Both the position numbers and the translations under genes were made by a program. This document shows, in pieces, positions 28,797 through 38,845 of a stretch of 64,000 nt of DNA (the stretch's first letter is position 1; each line of letters opens with the position of its first letter). Under the pieces are notes generated by a model. That model had not been told where the DNA came from. It worked only from the letters and a program-made list of their open reading frames with translations, and did not search any database. The stretch comes from Candidatus Zhuqueibacterota bacterium (lineage in GTDB: Bacteria > Zhuqueibacterota > Zhuqueibacteria > Thermofontimicrobiales > Thermofontimicrobiaceae), in contig JBMOPW010000032.1 of NCBI GenBank assembly GCA_049322915.1, positions 1 through 64,000 on the forward strand. Direction: 5' to 3'.

Positions 28797-31700
28797 ATGA
28801 GGATACGACATCTAAGCGCAGGGATCATTTTGGTATTGATTTTCATCCTGTCAGGGAACGCATCGTCTTTATTGGCACAGGGAGCATTGTCAAATATCAC
28901 CACGACAATAAGCGATAATATCGTTGGCGCCACGGCAATCTATACCTTCACGTTCACGACGTCAGACACCGGCAATGGTGACGATCTTGGAAATGATGAA
29001 GGAATTCCGAGCGACGGAAAAATCAGACTCACTTTTGACAGCGGATTTGATTTTTCCGATCTCATTGTTGTCAATTCACAAAATAGCAATATGACCGGCG
29101 GATTGTCAATTTCGAGTATCATCGGAAATGTTGTTACCATTTCGCGGGATGGCACAGGAAATAATGTTCCTGTCTCCACGCCTGTGAGCTTAAGTCTGGG
29201 CACAATTGGAAACAGCTCGACAGCCGGAAATTATAATGTTGATATTATCACCATGACCAGTGGTGGCACCTATATTGATGCTGGTCCAACGCCAAATTTC
29301 TCGATAGTTGCTGGGACTATAGATCATTTCATTGTCAGTACAAGCGGAAATGCAACGGCTGGTTCTTCATTTGCGGTCATCATTACTGCGAAGGATGCAA
29401 ACAACAACACGGTGACATCGCATTCTGCAGCGGTTGCTTTGACTGATTTAACCGATACAATCACGCCGATCACATCAGGGAATTTTTCGGGTGGCGTGTG
29501 GAATGGTAATGTCATGTTCACGAAAAGCCGAACCGATAATAAAATCACAGCGACCTGGAGTGGGATTACAGGCATGTCATCGGAATTTGATGTGCTTCCG
29601 GCGGCGCTCCATCATTTTACTTTTACGACGATTACCAGCCCCAAAACTGCCAATGCTCCATTCAGTATTACTGTTACTGCTCGGGATGTGTACGAGAATC
29701 TTGTGACAAGTTATGTCAGTACGGTGACGCTGACAGACCTGTCCGGTTCTCTCAATATGACATCGAATAGTTTCAGCGCAGGAAGTTTGACGCAAAACGT
29801 GACTATCACAAAAAGTCAAACGGATGATTATATAACGGCGACCGGGAGTACAAAAACGGGCACGTCCAATTTGTTCAACGTGAATCCAGGCAGCCTGTCT
29901 AAATTTTCAATTGGAACCATTTCATCGCCTCAGACTGCCGAGGAGTATTTTTCCATTGCGTTAACCGCCCAGGATGCCAGCAATAATACAGTGACAAGCT
30001 TCAGCGGGACAGTGAATATCACGGACAAGAGCGGGACAATAACGCCCGGCGTAAGTCCAGGTTTCAGCGGCGGCAAGTGGAACGGGCAGGTCAAAATTTC
30101 CGATGACTATACGAACGATCAAATTACGGTAACGCGTTCTGGCGGGTCGGAAACAGGCACGTCGAATTCTTTCAATGTCTTGGTTGGCTCACTGGATCAT
30201 TTCACAATTTCAACGATTGCGACGCCGCAGATGGCCGGAGATGATTTTACAATTACGGTGACTGCCAAAGACAAGTCAGAAAATACAGTCACTTCGTACG
30301 CCGGGACGGCGACGCTCATAGACATCACCGGTACAATCTCGCCTCAGGTTTCAGGCAACTTCGGCAGCGGCGTATGGACAGGGGCTGTAACGATTTATGC
30401 CTCCGGCTCCGGCAATAAAATTATCGTCACTGGCAGTGATAAAACCGGAACATCCAACAGTTTCAATGTAAGCCCGGCCGGACTCGATCATTTTTCATTT
30501 TCTGAAATTGCCAGTCCGCAGATTGCCGGTGCCCCAATCTCCATGACCATTGAGGCGAATGATGCTTATGAAAATATTATAACAGGATTTTCCAGTACAG
30601 TCACCCTGTCGGATGAATCAGGGACATTGACGCCAACAACGAGCGGAAATTTCAGTTCCGGCGTCTGGACAGGAAGTGTCACGATTACCAAAGCTTATGT
30701 GGATAATAAAATCACGGCGATATCCACCGGTAAAAATGGCGTTTCAAATAATTTTAATGTGAATGCGGATGGGCTTGATTATATACTCATTCGGGATAAC
30801 CCGGGCGGCCTGGGAGCTGAAGTGGGCGATCTCACATTAAATTTCAACGATCAGGTGGTTTTGTACGCTGCCGGGTATGATCAATATGATAATTATATCA
30901 ATGATGTGACAGCGAATTGGGATACGGCCGGAACGTTGCTGGATATGCCGTCTCCATTGGTCGGGACAAGCACGACCTATCGGGTCGAAACGGTCAACAC
31001 AAGCAGCCAGGTGGGTAAAATCTGGGCCGTGAGCGGCGGCGAAGTCGATAGCACAGGAACGATCACTGTCGCTGAAATCGATCATGTTCTCATCCGCGAT
31101 GCGGACAATGGCGAGGGTAATGTCGTTGCATCCCGCACCATTTCCGCGGACGAGACGCTGACGCTTTATGCGGCAGCCTATGATGCCGGAAATAATTATT
31201 TAGGCCCGGCCGTGGTGAATTGGACCAATGATGGCACATTGACGCCGGCAATTTCATCCACGAATGCCACACTTGTTTTTCAACCGACCTCTGCGCCTGC
31301 GTCAGGAAAGATAATCGCCACCCATGCGACAGCGAACGATGACACGACCGGAATGGTAACTGTCGTTCCCGGAGTCCCGGTCGGCGAGATTGTATTGCAT
31401 CCAAATCCGAAAGTCGTCCCGGCGGATCCTGACACAGTTACGACTGTTTCGTCTGACCCAATTTCAGATAGCGATGGAAATGCAATTTCGAGCGGCGAAT
31501 ACTTCACAGTCAGTACGACGCTGGGGACTATCACTTCCGCCGACGCGAACCCGGGCATTGGGGGGACTCAGGTTGTGTCCAATGCATCCGGTCAGATTGC
31601 CTTCACGGTAAAAACAGGAGTGACTGGTGGAACGGCTTTGATCCAGGCGAATAGCGTCGTCCGGGGAACGGCTGCTGGCGATACGAGTGTTGTCATTACC

Positions 31701-34700
31701 GGAATCGAAATTCTATCCCTGTCGGTTGATTTCACAAAAGTGAGCCGAAGCCAGCAAGATATACCCGTGGATATGACCGTTCAAAATTGGGGAGCGACAG
31801 GGGCGACAATAATGACCGGAGGCGCTGGATTGAAGTTTACAGGCCCTGCTCCCGGCTATTCGAATCGCTCCGGGGATTATGTTGTCGTTCGCACAGATAC
31901 TTTTTCGGTGATTCCGGGGAATGGCATCAAAACGTTGAGTTTCCTTGTTGATGTGAATGCGAATGCATTGACGGATTCCATCGAGATCGACGGTTTTATT
32001 AATTGTAATGTGAATGGCTTCACTGTGGGGGATGAGTTCGCAAATGAAACGGATAAGTGGTTGGTTCAAACGCCGCCAGCGTTCAGATTCCTGCGCGTCA
32101 CTGCCGGGGAGGATACCGTCATTCAGGGGACAAATACGATAGTGAAGGCCACAATCAAAAATGACGGAGATGCAACGGCGCTCATTGATTCGGTGAGATT
32201 CATGTATTCAAACCTGACGCCGCCCATCCTGGATGTGACAGATGACTATGCGCTCGCGCCCTATCCAACGAATCCCGCTTCGATTGAGGGGCACAGCCTT
32301 GATAGCCTCTTTTTTACGGTCACCGTGGGTTCCAATGCGGCCGTCGACGACATTGGCATCGATGGCAAAATATTTGGAAGAGATCAAAATTCCGGTTTAG
32401 CTTATTCGGATATAAATGCAGATACCACGGATAGCTGGCATGTGAAACAAGCGTCGGATTTGGAGATCGTCGCTTTCAATCCCAGCCAGCGGACCGTAAC
32501 CAGCGGGCAGGTAGAGAATTGGTTTTTGGACATGGTGATTGACAACAATGGCGGGGCCAACTTGCGGCTGGATAGCGTCAGAGTTGATTTTACCTATGGC
32601 GGCGCTGATATTTCCAGTGAATACGCAACCGTATATCCTGATATATTTCAGACCAGTGGTGATAACTTGTTGAGAGCCGGGGCGATCGATACGCTCCGAA
32701 TTACCATTGATAAGACAGGGACCACAATCGGGGCGGTTACTGTCGGCGGGACAGTTTATCTGAATGACATGATCAGCGGACAGTTAATTAAAAGCAAACT
32801 CACCGGCGTCACGGTACAGGCGCCCGGCGCATTGACTATAAAATATATCAGATCGTCGCAGCCTGAAGTGACCACCGGCCAGACGCAGGACTGGAGCGTC
32901 AGTCTGGCGCTCACGAACAATGGCGGCGGGGACATTGCGATTGACACAACGCGTCTGGCTGATTTCTTCAATTTTGGCGCAGACCCGAACTACACAGTTC
33001 AACCGCCAGCATCGTTTGCCCATAGTGGAAATTTCGTGCTCGTGGCCGGGGCAACGGATAGTCTGATTTTTACCATTGATTCCACGGGTACCATAGCCGG
33101 TATGCGGTCGGTGAATGTTTCGGTCTTTGCAGAGGAAATAAACAGCCATGATCCAATCTCCATTGCCGGCGTCATGACGATTGAAGTTGAAATCCCGGCC
33201 AATATCCGAATTCTGAAGACAGTCAGTCTGGCGCCAAATGCGCCGTATGTGGATAACAATCAACTGTTCCAGATTGCGGTGCTGGTGCAGAACCAGGGTG
33301 GTGATGCCGCCAAAAATATTGAAATGTCGCTCGTACGGGATAGCACATCGACGATCTTGAATCCACAGGACACGCTCCCCATTGTTCAGGGAATGAGCAT
33401 CGATACGTTGAAATTCAATGTGCAGGCTTCCTCCAACTGGATCTGGGATGAAATTTTCACAGCGACGATCGATACTGCCACAGCAGAAAATACACTCGAA
33501 TCTGATAAAATAATCTTCAGTTCGCCAGTGGATTCTGTGGATACAACTGTGGTTCAGCGCCCGGCAAAATTTAAAATTGTTACTATTTCACCATCGCAGG
33601 ACACGGTGCGGGCATTGAGTCCTTACGAATGGCAAATCACTGTGGCGGTGGAAGACAGCGGCGCCGGTTACCTTCGGCTGAATCCGCCGGACGAGGAAGA
33701 TGTTACCATTTCCATCAATGGCCAAGCGCAGGACGATTACACGATTGTTCCGCCCAATGCTTTCGAGGTTCATCCTGATTTAATGTTATCGTGGCATGAA
33801 ACGGATGCGCTGGTTTATCGCGTGACAAGCACCGGCGTTTTAGGCGGATCGGCGCGAATAAAAATCAATTTGAGTGGACGTTATCTGAATTCGGATACTC
33901 CATTTCAGGTGATGGATTCCACGTGGATTTATATCCGACCATCGGCTGATGTATTTATCGACAAAACCGAGCCAGTCTGCCGAAACATCAATCAATATGG
34001 CATTGGTCAGGTGAACACCAGCCAGAGTTTTTCAGTGAAATCGAAAATCCGAAATACCGGCGGCGAGCAGGTGGACGATGTCGTCGTCAGTCTCACCGCG
34101 CCGGGCTACTCCATTCCGCCGGCGACGATAGATTACATTTTACCGTCCGGCGAGGCGCTAGCAACTTTCACTTTCAATGCGCAGGCAGTGGCTTCAGAAC
34201 AGGTGAAATTCACTGCGACAATTCTTTCCGCTGTTTCGCACGGCAGCGGTCTATCGGCCATTATTGGAGCCGCTTCAGATTCCACCGCGCTAGTCAGGGT
34301 GCATACGCCGGCGCTCATGCGGCTTTCCATTCTGACTGAAAACACAATTTTTTCGGTTGGACAGAGCGCCCCGTTCCAGGTCGAAGTCGAAAACTTAGGG
34401 ACTGCAGAAGCGGATGCCAGTGGCGAACTGGCGGTATTTATGCCTCAGGATTATTTCGTCTTAGCGAATGAAGTGCAGAAAGTATCCGATACCACATCGT
34501 TTGAAATTAATGAAACGATCACCTGGGAGGTTTTGCCTCCTTCGACCGAATCCATCGGTGACACGATTATAGTTAAAATTACGAAGCCGCCAGTGGATAA
34601 AAACACCGGCCTATTCGCATTAATAGAAAATACGGATCCGTTCGACTCCCTGGTCGTGAGAACGGTTCCCCTGGAACTCAGTCTGAATTCATTTGAAATT

Positions 34701-36905
34701 ACCTCGCCGGCCGGAGCGACGGATGATACATTATCGACGCTTCAAAATTTCTATGCCCAGGTCAATTTCACAAAGTCTGAAAATATCAGCAGCGTCACAG
34801 CGCGGCTGAAGGTGCCGAATGGATACACATTCGCTACTGGAACGGATTCCGTGAAGGCAAATATTACAGACTACGCCACATGGCGGCTCATTGCGCCTGA
34901 GGATGCTCGTTCGAATGAGGAGTTGATACGCGTGGAGGTGTCTGGCTATGTCGGAGCGGACTATGTCACTGCGAAGGATAGCATCTCGGTGGTCGTGGAA
35001 AACCGGGCTACATTACTGATTGATCGCCTGTGGATTTCCTGGCCGTCAACGGATAGCACGCTATCAATGAGCCAGGAATTTGATTTGAGCGCTATTGTCA
35101 TCAATTCCGGCGATGCGAAAATTGATGGTCAGACCAATTTGAAAATTGATTTTGGCGCAACCGGAGTCACAACCAGCGATGATGCCATAAAGGCTGCAAC
35201 TCCTGATATGCCTGTGACGTGGCGATTGCGCGCTCCGGCAGAGGAAAAATTGAAAGCGCCGATTGTTGTTTCCATTGAAACAATTCCCAGAGACGTGAAC
35301 ACAAATGAAAAAGCAGTGGTGACGACCCGCTCCAAATATTTCTATGTTCAGACACAGCAATCGGCGACGGCATCGATTGAAAACCTGAGAATAATTTCGC
35401 CGTCAGGAGCGATCGATAAAGTGTTCTCCACCTATCAAACCTTCCAGATTGAAGCGGATGTGAACTGGTACAACTGCACAACAGCGCCGTCTGTGCAGCT
35501 TCAGTTGGAAGGCGGCTTCACGACGCCTGAATCGTATCCAAAAGTTCCGAATGGTGTCGATGGCCAGGGAACCGTCAATTGGACAATCACAGCGCCGGGC
35601 AACTCCATTACAGACCAGAACATCTGGCTGAAGTTGACGGCTCAGGATGCTAACAGTCGCATTACATTTACGCGCACTTCGGACTCACTCGAAGTGGACG
35701 TGCTTCGGCGCGCGACGATTCAATTGAACGGAAAAATTAATTCACCAAAAAGCGCGCTGGATGGAATTGTCTCGACCAACCAAAATTTCGTGGTCTGCGC
35801 GAATTTATCCCGGTTCGGCGACGCTAATATTTTGGGCAATTTCAGCGCGACTCTGAAATTACCCAGTGGCCTGGGTTATTCAACGGCTCAGAATTTGACA
35901 CTATCAACAACGCACAGCGATTCTCTGTTCTGGACAATTACAGCGCCGGCCTCCGAACGTGTTCCCGACAATATTACTGTCACGCTCATTAGCTGGCCTG
36001 AAGATGAAAACACAAATCTCTCCATTGCAGCCGAAGCGGTGCTGTTAAAAAATGTCTATATTCCGGTTTCGACGGAAGAGAAAAGCGTGACAGTAGAGAT
36101 GCTGCCTCCGCCTTTGAAAAATACAATAGCCAGGGGAGACACCATGGTGTCTATGCTGGGGCTTGAATTGCTGGCCTCAGGCGATTCTTTTTCGAACAAT
36201 ATTCTGTTTACGGGCGTTAAAATTAGGCTGAAAGATCGCACGGGCGCCCTTATTTCAAATCCGGCGAAGGTGATTTCGCGGATACGAGTCGTGAATAATC
36301 AACAGAACTCTCAGATTTACGGACAGGTCACTTCGATCCCGACGAGCAATCCAGTTGAAATTCTGTTCACGCAGGTGGATACGCTGAAACCAGAAATTGA
36401 AAACCAGGTTCAGTTCAAAGTCGATATTGCTGCAAATTCGGAAATAAGCGATTTCCGGATGGCGATTGATTCTGTGACTTCACTCTATCTTTTTGATGAG
36501 GAATCCGGCCAGACACCGAAGCTGAAAAATGCGAGTGGCCAATCCCTGGAACTTCTCAATTTTGAATCTGAGCCGTCCGTGATCATTGAATCGAATTTCG
36601 ATAAAGCATTCAGCAATTACCCAAACCCCTTTGGCGAAATAAACCGGCCGGTGACAAACTTTGTTTATTATCTGGATGAAGATACTGATGTAAAAATCCA
36701 GATTTACACATTGATCGGAGAATTGGTGTGGGAGCGAACTTACACAGAGGCTGAATCCCAGGGTCGCGAGGGACTGCATGATTCGGATATAATCTGGGAT
36801 GGAAGAAATGGGCAGGGACATAAAGTTTTAAACGGTGTGTATGTCGCCAGAATTTCTACGGGCTATGGCAAAGCCGCTCTTAGAAAAATAGCAGTGATAA
36901 AATAG
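28797..36905 (+). CDS. 2702-aa multi-Ig-domain surface protein with T9SS type A/FlgD-Ig C-terminal sorting domain
   Basis: Signal peptide ending LLA-Q; Thr/Ser-rich tandem beta repeats; C-terminus FSNYPNPF...IQIYTLIGELV...WDGRNGQG..VLNGVYVARI...KIAVIK. Confidence 0.85.
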   Translation: MRIRHLSAGIILVLIFILSGNASSLLAQGALSNITTTISDNIVGATAIYTFTFTTSDTGNGDDLGNDEGIPSDGKIRLTFDSGFDFSDLIVVNSQNSNMTGGLSISSIIGNVVTISRDGTGNNVPVSTPVSLSLGTIGNSSTAGNYNVDIITMTSGGTYIDAGPTPNFSIVAGTIDHFIVSTSGNATAGSSFAVIITAKDANNNTVTSHSAAVALTDLTDTITPITSGNFSGGVWNGNVMFTKSRTDNKITATWSGITGMSSEFDVLPAALHHFTFTTITSPKTANAPFSITVTARDVYENLVTSYVSTVTLTDLSGSLNMTSNSFSAGSLTQNVTITKSQTDDYITATGSTKTGTSNLFNVNPGSLSKFSIGTISSPQTAEEYFSIALTAQDASNNTVTSFSGTVNITDKSGTITPGVSPGFSGGKWNGQVKISDDYTNDQITVTRSGGSETGTSNSFNVLVGSLDHFTISTIATPQMAGDDFTITVTAKDKSENTVTSYAGTATLIDITGTISPQVSGNFGSGVWTGAVTIYASGSGNKIIVTGSDKTGTSNSFNVSPAGLDHFSFSEIASPQIAGAPISMTIEANDAYENIITGFSSTVTLSDESGTLTPTTSGNFSSGVWTGSVTITKAYVDNKITAISTGKNGVSNNFNVNADGLDYILIRDNPGGLGAEVGDLTLNFNDQVVLYAAGYDQYDNYINDVTANWDTAGTLLDMPSPLVGTSTTYRVETVNTSSQVGKIWAVSGGEVDSTGTITVAEIDHVLIRDADNGEGNVVASRTISADETLTLYAAAYDAGNNYLGPAVVNWTNDGTLTPAISSTNATLVFQPTSAPASGKIIATHATANDDTTGMVTVVPGVPVGEIVLHPNPKVVPADPDTVTTVSSDPISDSDGNAISSGEYFTVSTTLGTITSADANPGIGGTQVVSNASGQIAFTVKTGVTGGTALIQANSVVRGTAAGDTSVVITGIEILSLSVDFTKVSRSQQDIPVDMTVQNWGATGATIMTGGAGLKFTGPAPGYSNRSGDYVVVRTDTFSVIPGNGIKTLSFLVDVNANALTDSIEIDGFINCNVNGFTVGDEFANETDKWLVQTPPAFRFLRVTAGEDTVIQGTNTIVKATIKNDGDATALIDSVRFMYSNLTPPILDVTDDYALAPYPTNPASIEGHSLDSLFFTVTVGSNAAVDDIGIDGKIFGRDQNSGLAYSDINADTTDSWHVKQASDLEIVAFNPSQRTVTSGQVENWFLDMVIDNNGGANLRLDSVRVDFTYGGADISSEYATVYPDIFQTSGDNLLRAGAIDTLRITIDKTGTTIGAVTVGGTVYLNDMISGQLIKSKLTGVTVQAPGALTIKYIRSSQPEVTTGQTQDWSVSLALTNNGGGDIAIDTTRLADFFNFGADPNYTVQPPASFAHSGNFVLVAGATDSLIFTIDSTGTIAGMRSVNVSVFAEEINSHDPISIAGVMTIEVEIPANIRILKTVSLAPNAPYVDNNQLFQIAVLVQNQGGDAAKNIEMSLVRDSTSTILNPQDTLPIVQGMSIDTLKFNVQASSNWIWDEIFTATIDTATAENTLESDKIIFSSPVDSVDTTVVQRPAKFKIVTISPSQDTVRALSPYEWQITVAVEDSGAGYLRLNPPDEEDVTISINGQAQDDYTIVPPNAFEVHPDLMLSWHETDALVYRVTSTGVLGGSARIKINLSGRYLNSDTPFQVMDSTWIYIRPSADVFIDKTEPVCRNINQYGIGQVNTSQSFSVKSKIRNTGGEQVDDVVVSLTAPGYSIPPATIDYILPSGEALATFTFNAQAVASEQVKFTATILSAVSHGSGLSAIIGAASDSTALVRVHTPALMRLSILTENTIFSVGQSAPFQVEVENLGTAEADASGELAVFMPQDYFVLANEVQKVSDTTSFEINETITWEVLPPSTESIGDTIIVKITKPPVDKNTGLFALIENTDPFDSLVVRTVPLELSLNSFEITSPAGATDDTLSTLQNFYAQVNFTKSENISSVTARLKVPNGYTFATGTDSVKANITDYATWRLIAPEDARSNEELIRVEVSGYVGADYVTAKDSISVVVENRATLLIDRLWISWPSTDSTLSMSQEFDLSAIVINSGDAKIDGQTNLKIDFGATGVTTSDDAIKAATPDMPVTWRLRAPAEEKLKAPIVVSIETIPRDVNTNEKAVVTTRSKYFYVQTQQSATASIENLRIISPSGAIDKVFSTYQTFQIEADVNWYNCTTAPSVQLQLEGGFTTPESYPKVPNGVDGQGTVNWTITAPGNSITDQNIWLKLTAQDANSRITFTRTSDSLEVDVLRRATIQLNGKINSPKSALDGIVSTNQNFVVCANLSRFGDANILGNFSATLKLPSGLGYSTAQNLTLSTTHSDSLFWTITAPASERVPDNITVTLISWPEDENTNLSIAAEAVLLKNVYIPVSTEEKSVTVEMLPPPLKNTIARGDTMVSMLGLELLASGDSFSNNILFTGVKIRLKDRTGALISNPAKVISRIRVVNNQQNSQIYGQVTSIPTSNPVEILFTQVDTLKPEIENQVQFKVDIAANSEISDFRMAIDSVTSLYLFDEESGQTPKLKNASGQSLELLNFESEPSVIIESNFDKAFSNYPNPFGEINRPVTNFVYYLDEDTDVKIQIYTLIGELVWERTYTEAESQGREGLHDSDIIWDGRNGQGHKVLNGVYVARISTGYGKAALRKIAVIK
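29319..30773 (+). repeat. Five diverged ~97-aa Ig-like intragenic repeats
   Basis: Units begin IDHF/LHHF/LSKF/LDHF/LDHF about every 290 bp and share F.I.ITA.D...N.VT.....V.LTD..G and G.SN.F.V. Confidence 0.8.
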
Positions 36906-36922
36906 CAAATAGGATTTGAGAG

Positions 36923-38845
36923 ATGAGAATATCAAATTTCTTCATTGGAGTCTTCAGTTTTTTTCTGACATTTGGTTTGTTTGTCGGTATAGCTAATGGA
37001 GATGAAGGTTTTGCAGGGACGCAAAGCAATTTCAATCTCGGGGTCGGTGCCAGGGCTCTCGCATTGGGAAATGCCTATGTTGCTATGCCGTTCGATGCAA
37101 CCGCCGTTTATTGGAATCCTGCCGGACTGGATTACATTCAGAGAAAAAATGTGAGTCTGTTTTATACCAATTTATTAGCAGGCGCCAAATACTTTTATTT
37201 CGGCTATGCGCATCCAACAATAAATTTTGGTTCTTTTGGATTCGGCGTAATTAGTAGTGGCGTTGGTGATATTCAAGAAACGGATAGCTCCGCTCCCATT
37301 GAATTGGGGACATTTTCTTACTCTCAGCAGGAGTTTCTTCTGTCTTATGGAAAGCAGCTTCCCTGGAATATTGCGTTAGGCGTCAATTTAAAAATTGATC
37401 ATCAAAGTATACATGGACTTACAGATACAGGCGTCGGAGCAGATTTTGGATTTTTGTATCGGCCGAATTTTACAAATTTTCTTTTGAGCGGAGTGTCCGT
37501 AGGGTTGACTGCGCAAAATTTATTCGGACCGAGACTTAAACAGATTTCTGAAACTGACATTAGTCCAATAAATATCAGGATGGGATTTGCGAAACCAATT
37601 TTAACAAATGAATGGGGAAATCAATTCACGATTTTTATGGATTTTGAACAAAGTGAGTACGAGCCATTCAAGTTCCACACCGGCACCGAATATGTTTTCA
37701 ATAATTTTGCCATGCTTCGGGTTGGGTTGAATAACAATCAAATCGCGTTTGGGGCGGGTGCAGCGATCAGCATGTTCCAGATCGATTATATGTATGGCAA
37801 ATTTTCTGATAATCCATTTGACACAAATCATCGCATTTCCTTTAGCGTAACGTTCGGGAAGTCCAAAGATGAGCTGGTGAAAATTGCTGAGCAGCGCCGA
37901 CTGGAAGAGATTCAGCGAAAAGTCGAACAGCAAAGGATTTGGGAGCGCGATGAGAAAATTTCCGAGAGCATGGATCGAGGTAAGCAATATCTCGAAATTG
38001 AAGATTATGAACGGGCATTGCGCGAGTTTAATTTCATAACAAATTATGAAAGTGAAATGCCGAATTCAACGGTGATTGCTGAAGCTCGTAAATTGTCGGA
38101 GGAGACAACTCAAAGGAGAGACGATAAGCTTAAAAAGTCTTTCGATGAAATTCGAAGCCGGAATGAAGCGGAGAAAGAGCGGAAGGAATTAGACATCTTC
38201 CTCGACCGGCAATTCGATTTAGGGCTGTCTCATTATGAAGTCGAAGAATATGAAAAAGCCATTGCCGAATGGCAAAAAATGTTGGATCGCGATCCGAATA
38301 ATGTGCTGGCCAAAGAGTGGATTCCCAAGGCTCAGGCGGATTACGAAAAGAAAATATTGTCATTGATTAACCAGGCTGATAATTTCGCACGTAAGGGCCG
38401 GTACCTGGAAGCGATCAGCGTTTTGAATAATGCCCGGATGTTGAATCCGGACGAAAAGCAGATCAATGTCATCGACTCCCGCAGTAATTCCTACAAACAG
38501 CAAATGCAATTCGATGAGCTGTTTCAGCAGGGATATCGATATTACATCACCAAAGATTATGTCAATGCTATGAATTCGTTCCAGGAAGCGCTCAAGCACC
38601 GTCCTAACAATGAACAGGTGAAAAAGTTATATACCGATGCCGAGGCACGTGCCAATGCGAAGAAAATGCGTATGACGCCGGAGATGGCTAAAAAATATGA
38701 TCGGGGGATTAATTTGTACACGGCGGGAAAATATGAGGAGGCCATTCAGATTTGGGAAGAATTGTTATTGATTCAACCCTACAACAAAGAGATTTTAGAT
38801 ACCATCGACGGGGCCAAAGAACGAAGCCGACAGCAGAAGAAATAG
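36923..38845 (+). CDS. PorV/PorQ (UPF0164)-like outer-membrane beta-barrel fused to coiled-coil and TPR tail
   Basis: Signal peptide; GVGARALALGNAYVA..DATAVYWNPAGL; barrel ends at HRISFSVTFG, followed by ~330 aa of helical/TPR sequence. Confidence 0.8.
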   Translation: MRISNFFIGVFSFFLTFGLFVGIANGDEGFAGTQSNFNLGVGARALALGNAYVAMPFDATAVYWNPAGLDYIQRKNVSLFYTNLLAGAKYFYFGYAHPTINFGSFGFGVISSGVGDIQETDSSAPIELGTFSYSQQEFLLSYGKQLPWNIALGVNLKIDHQSIHGLTDTGVGADFGFLYRPNFTNFLLSGVSVGLTAQNLFGPRLKQISETDISPINIRMGFAKPILTNEWGNQFTIFMDFEQSEYEPFKFHTGTEYVFNNFAMLRVGLNNNQIAFGAGAAISMFQIDYMYGKFSDNPFDTNHRISFSVTFGKSKDELVKIAEQRRLEEIQRKVEQQRIWERDEKISESMDRGKQYLEIEDYERALREFNFITNYESEMPNSTVIAEARKLSEETTQRRDDKLKKSFDEIRSRNEAEKERKELDIFLDRQFDLGLSHYEVEEYEKAIAEWQKMLDRDPNNVLAKEWIPKAQADYEKKILSLINQADNFARKGRYLEAISVLNNARMLNPDEKQINVIDSRSNSYKQQMQFDELFQQGYRYYITKDYVNAMNSFQEALKHRPNNEQVKKLYTDAEARANAKKMRMTPEMAKKYDRGINLYTAGKYEEAIQIWEELLLIQPYNKEILDTIDGAKERSRQQKK

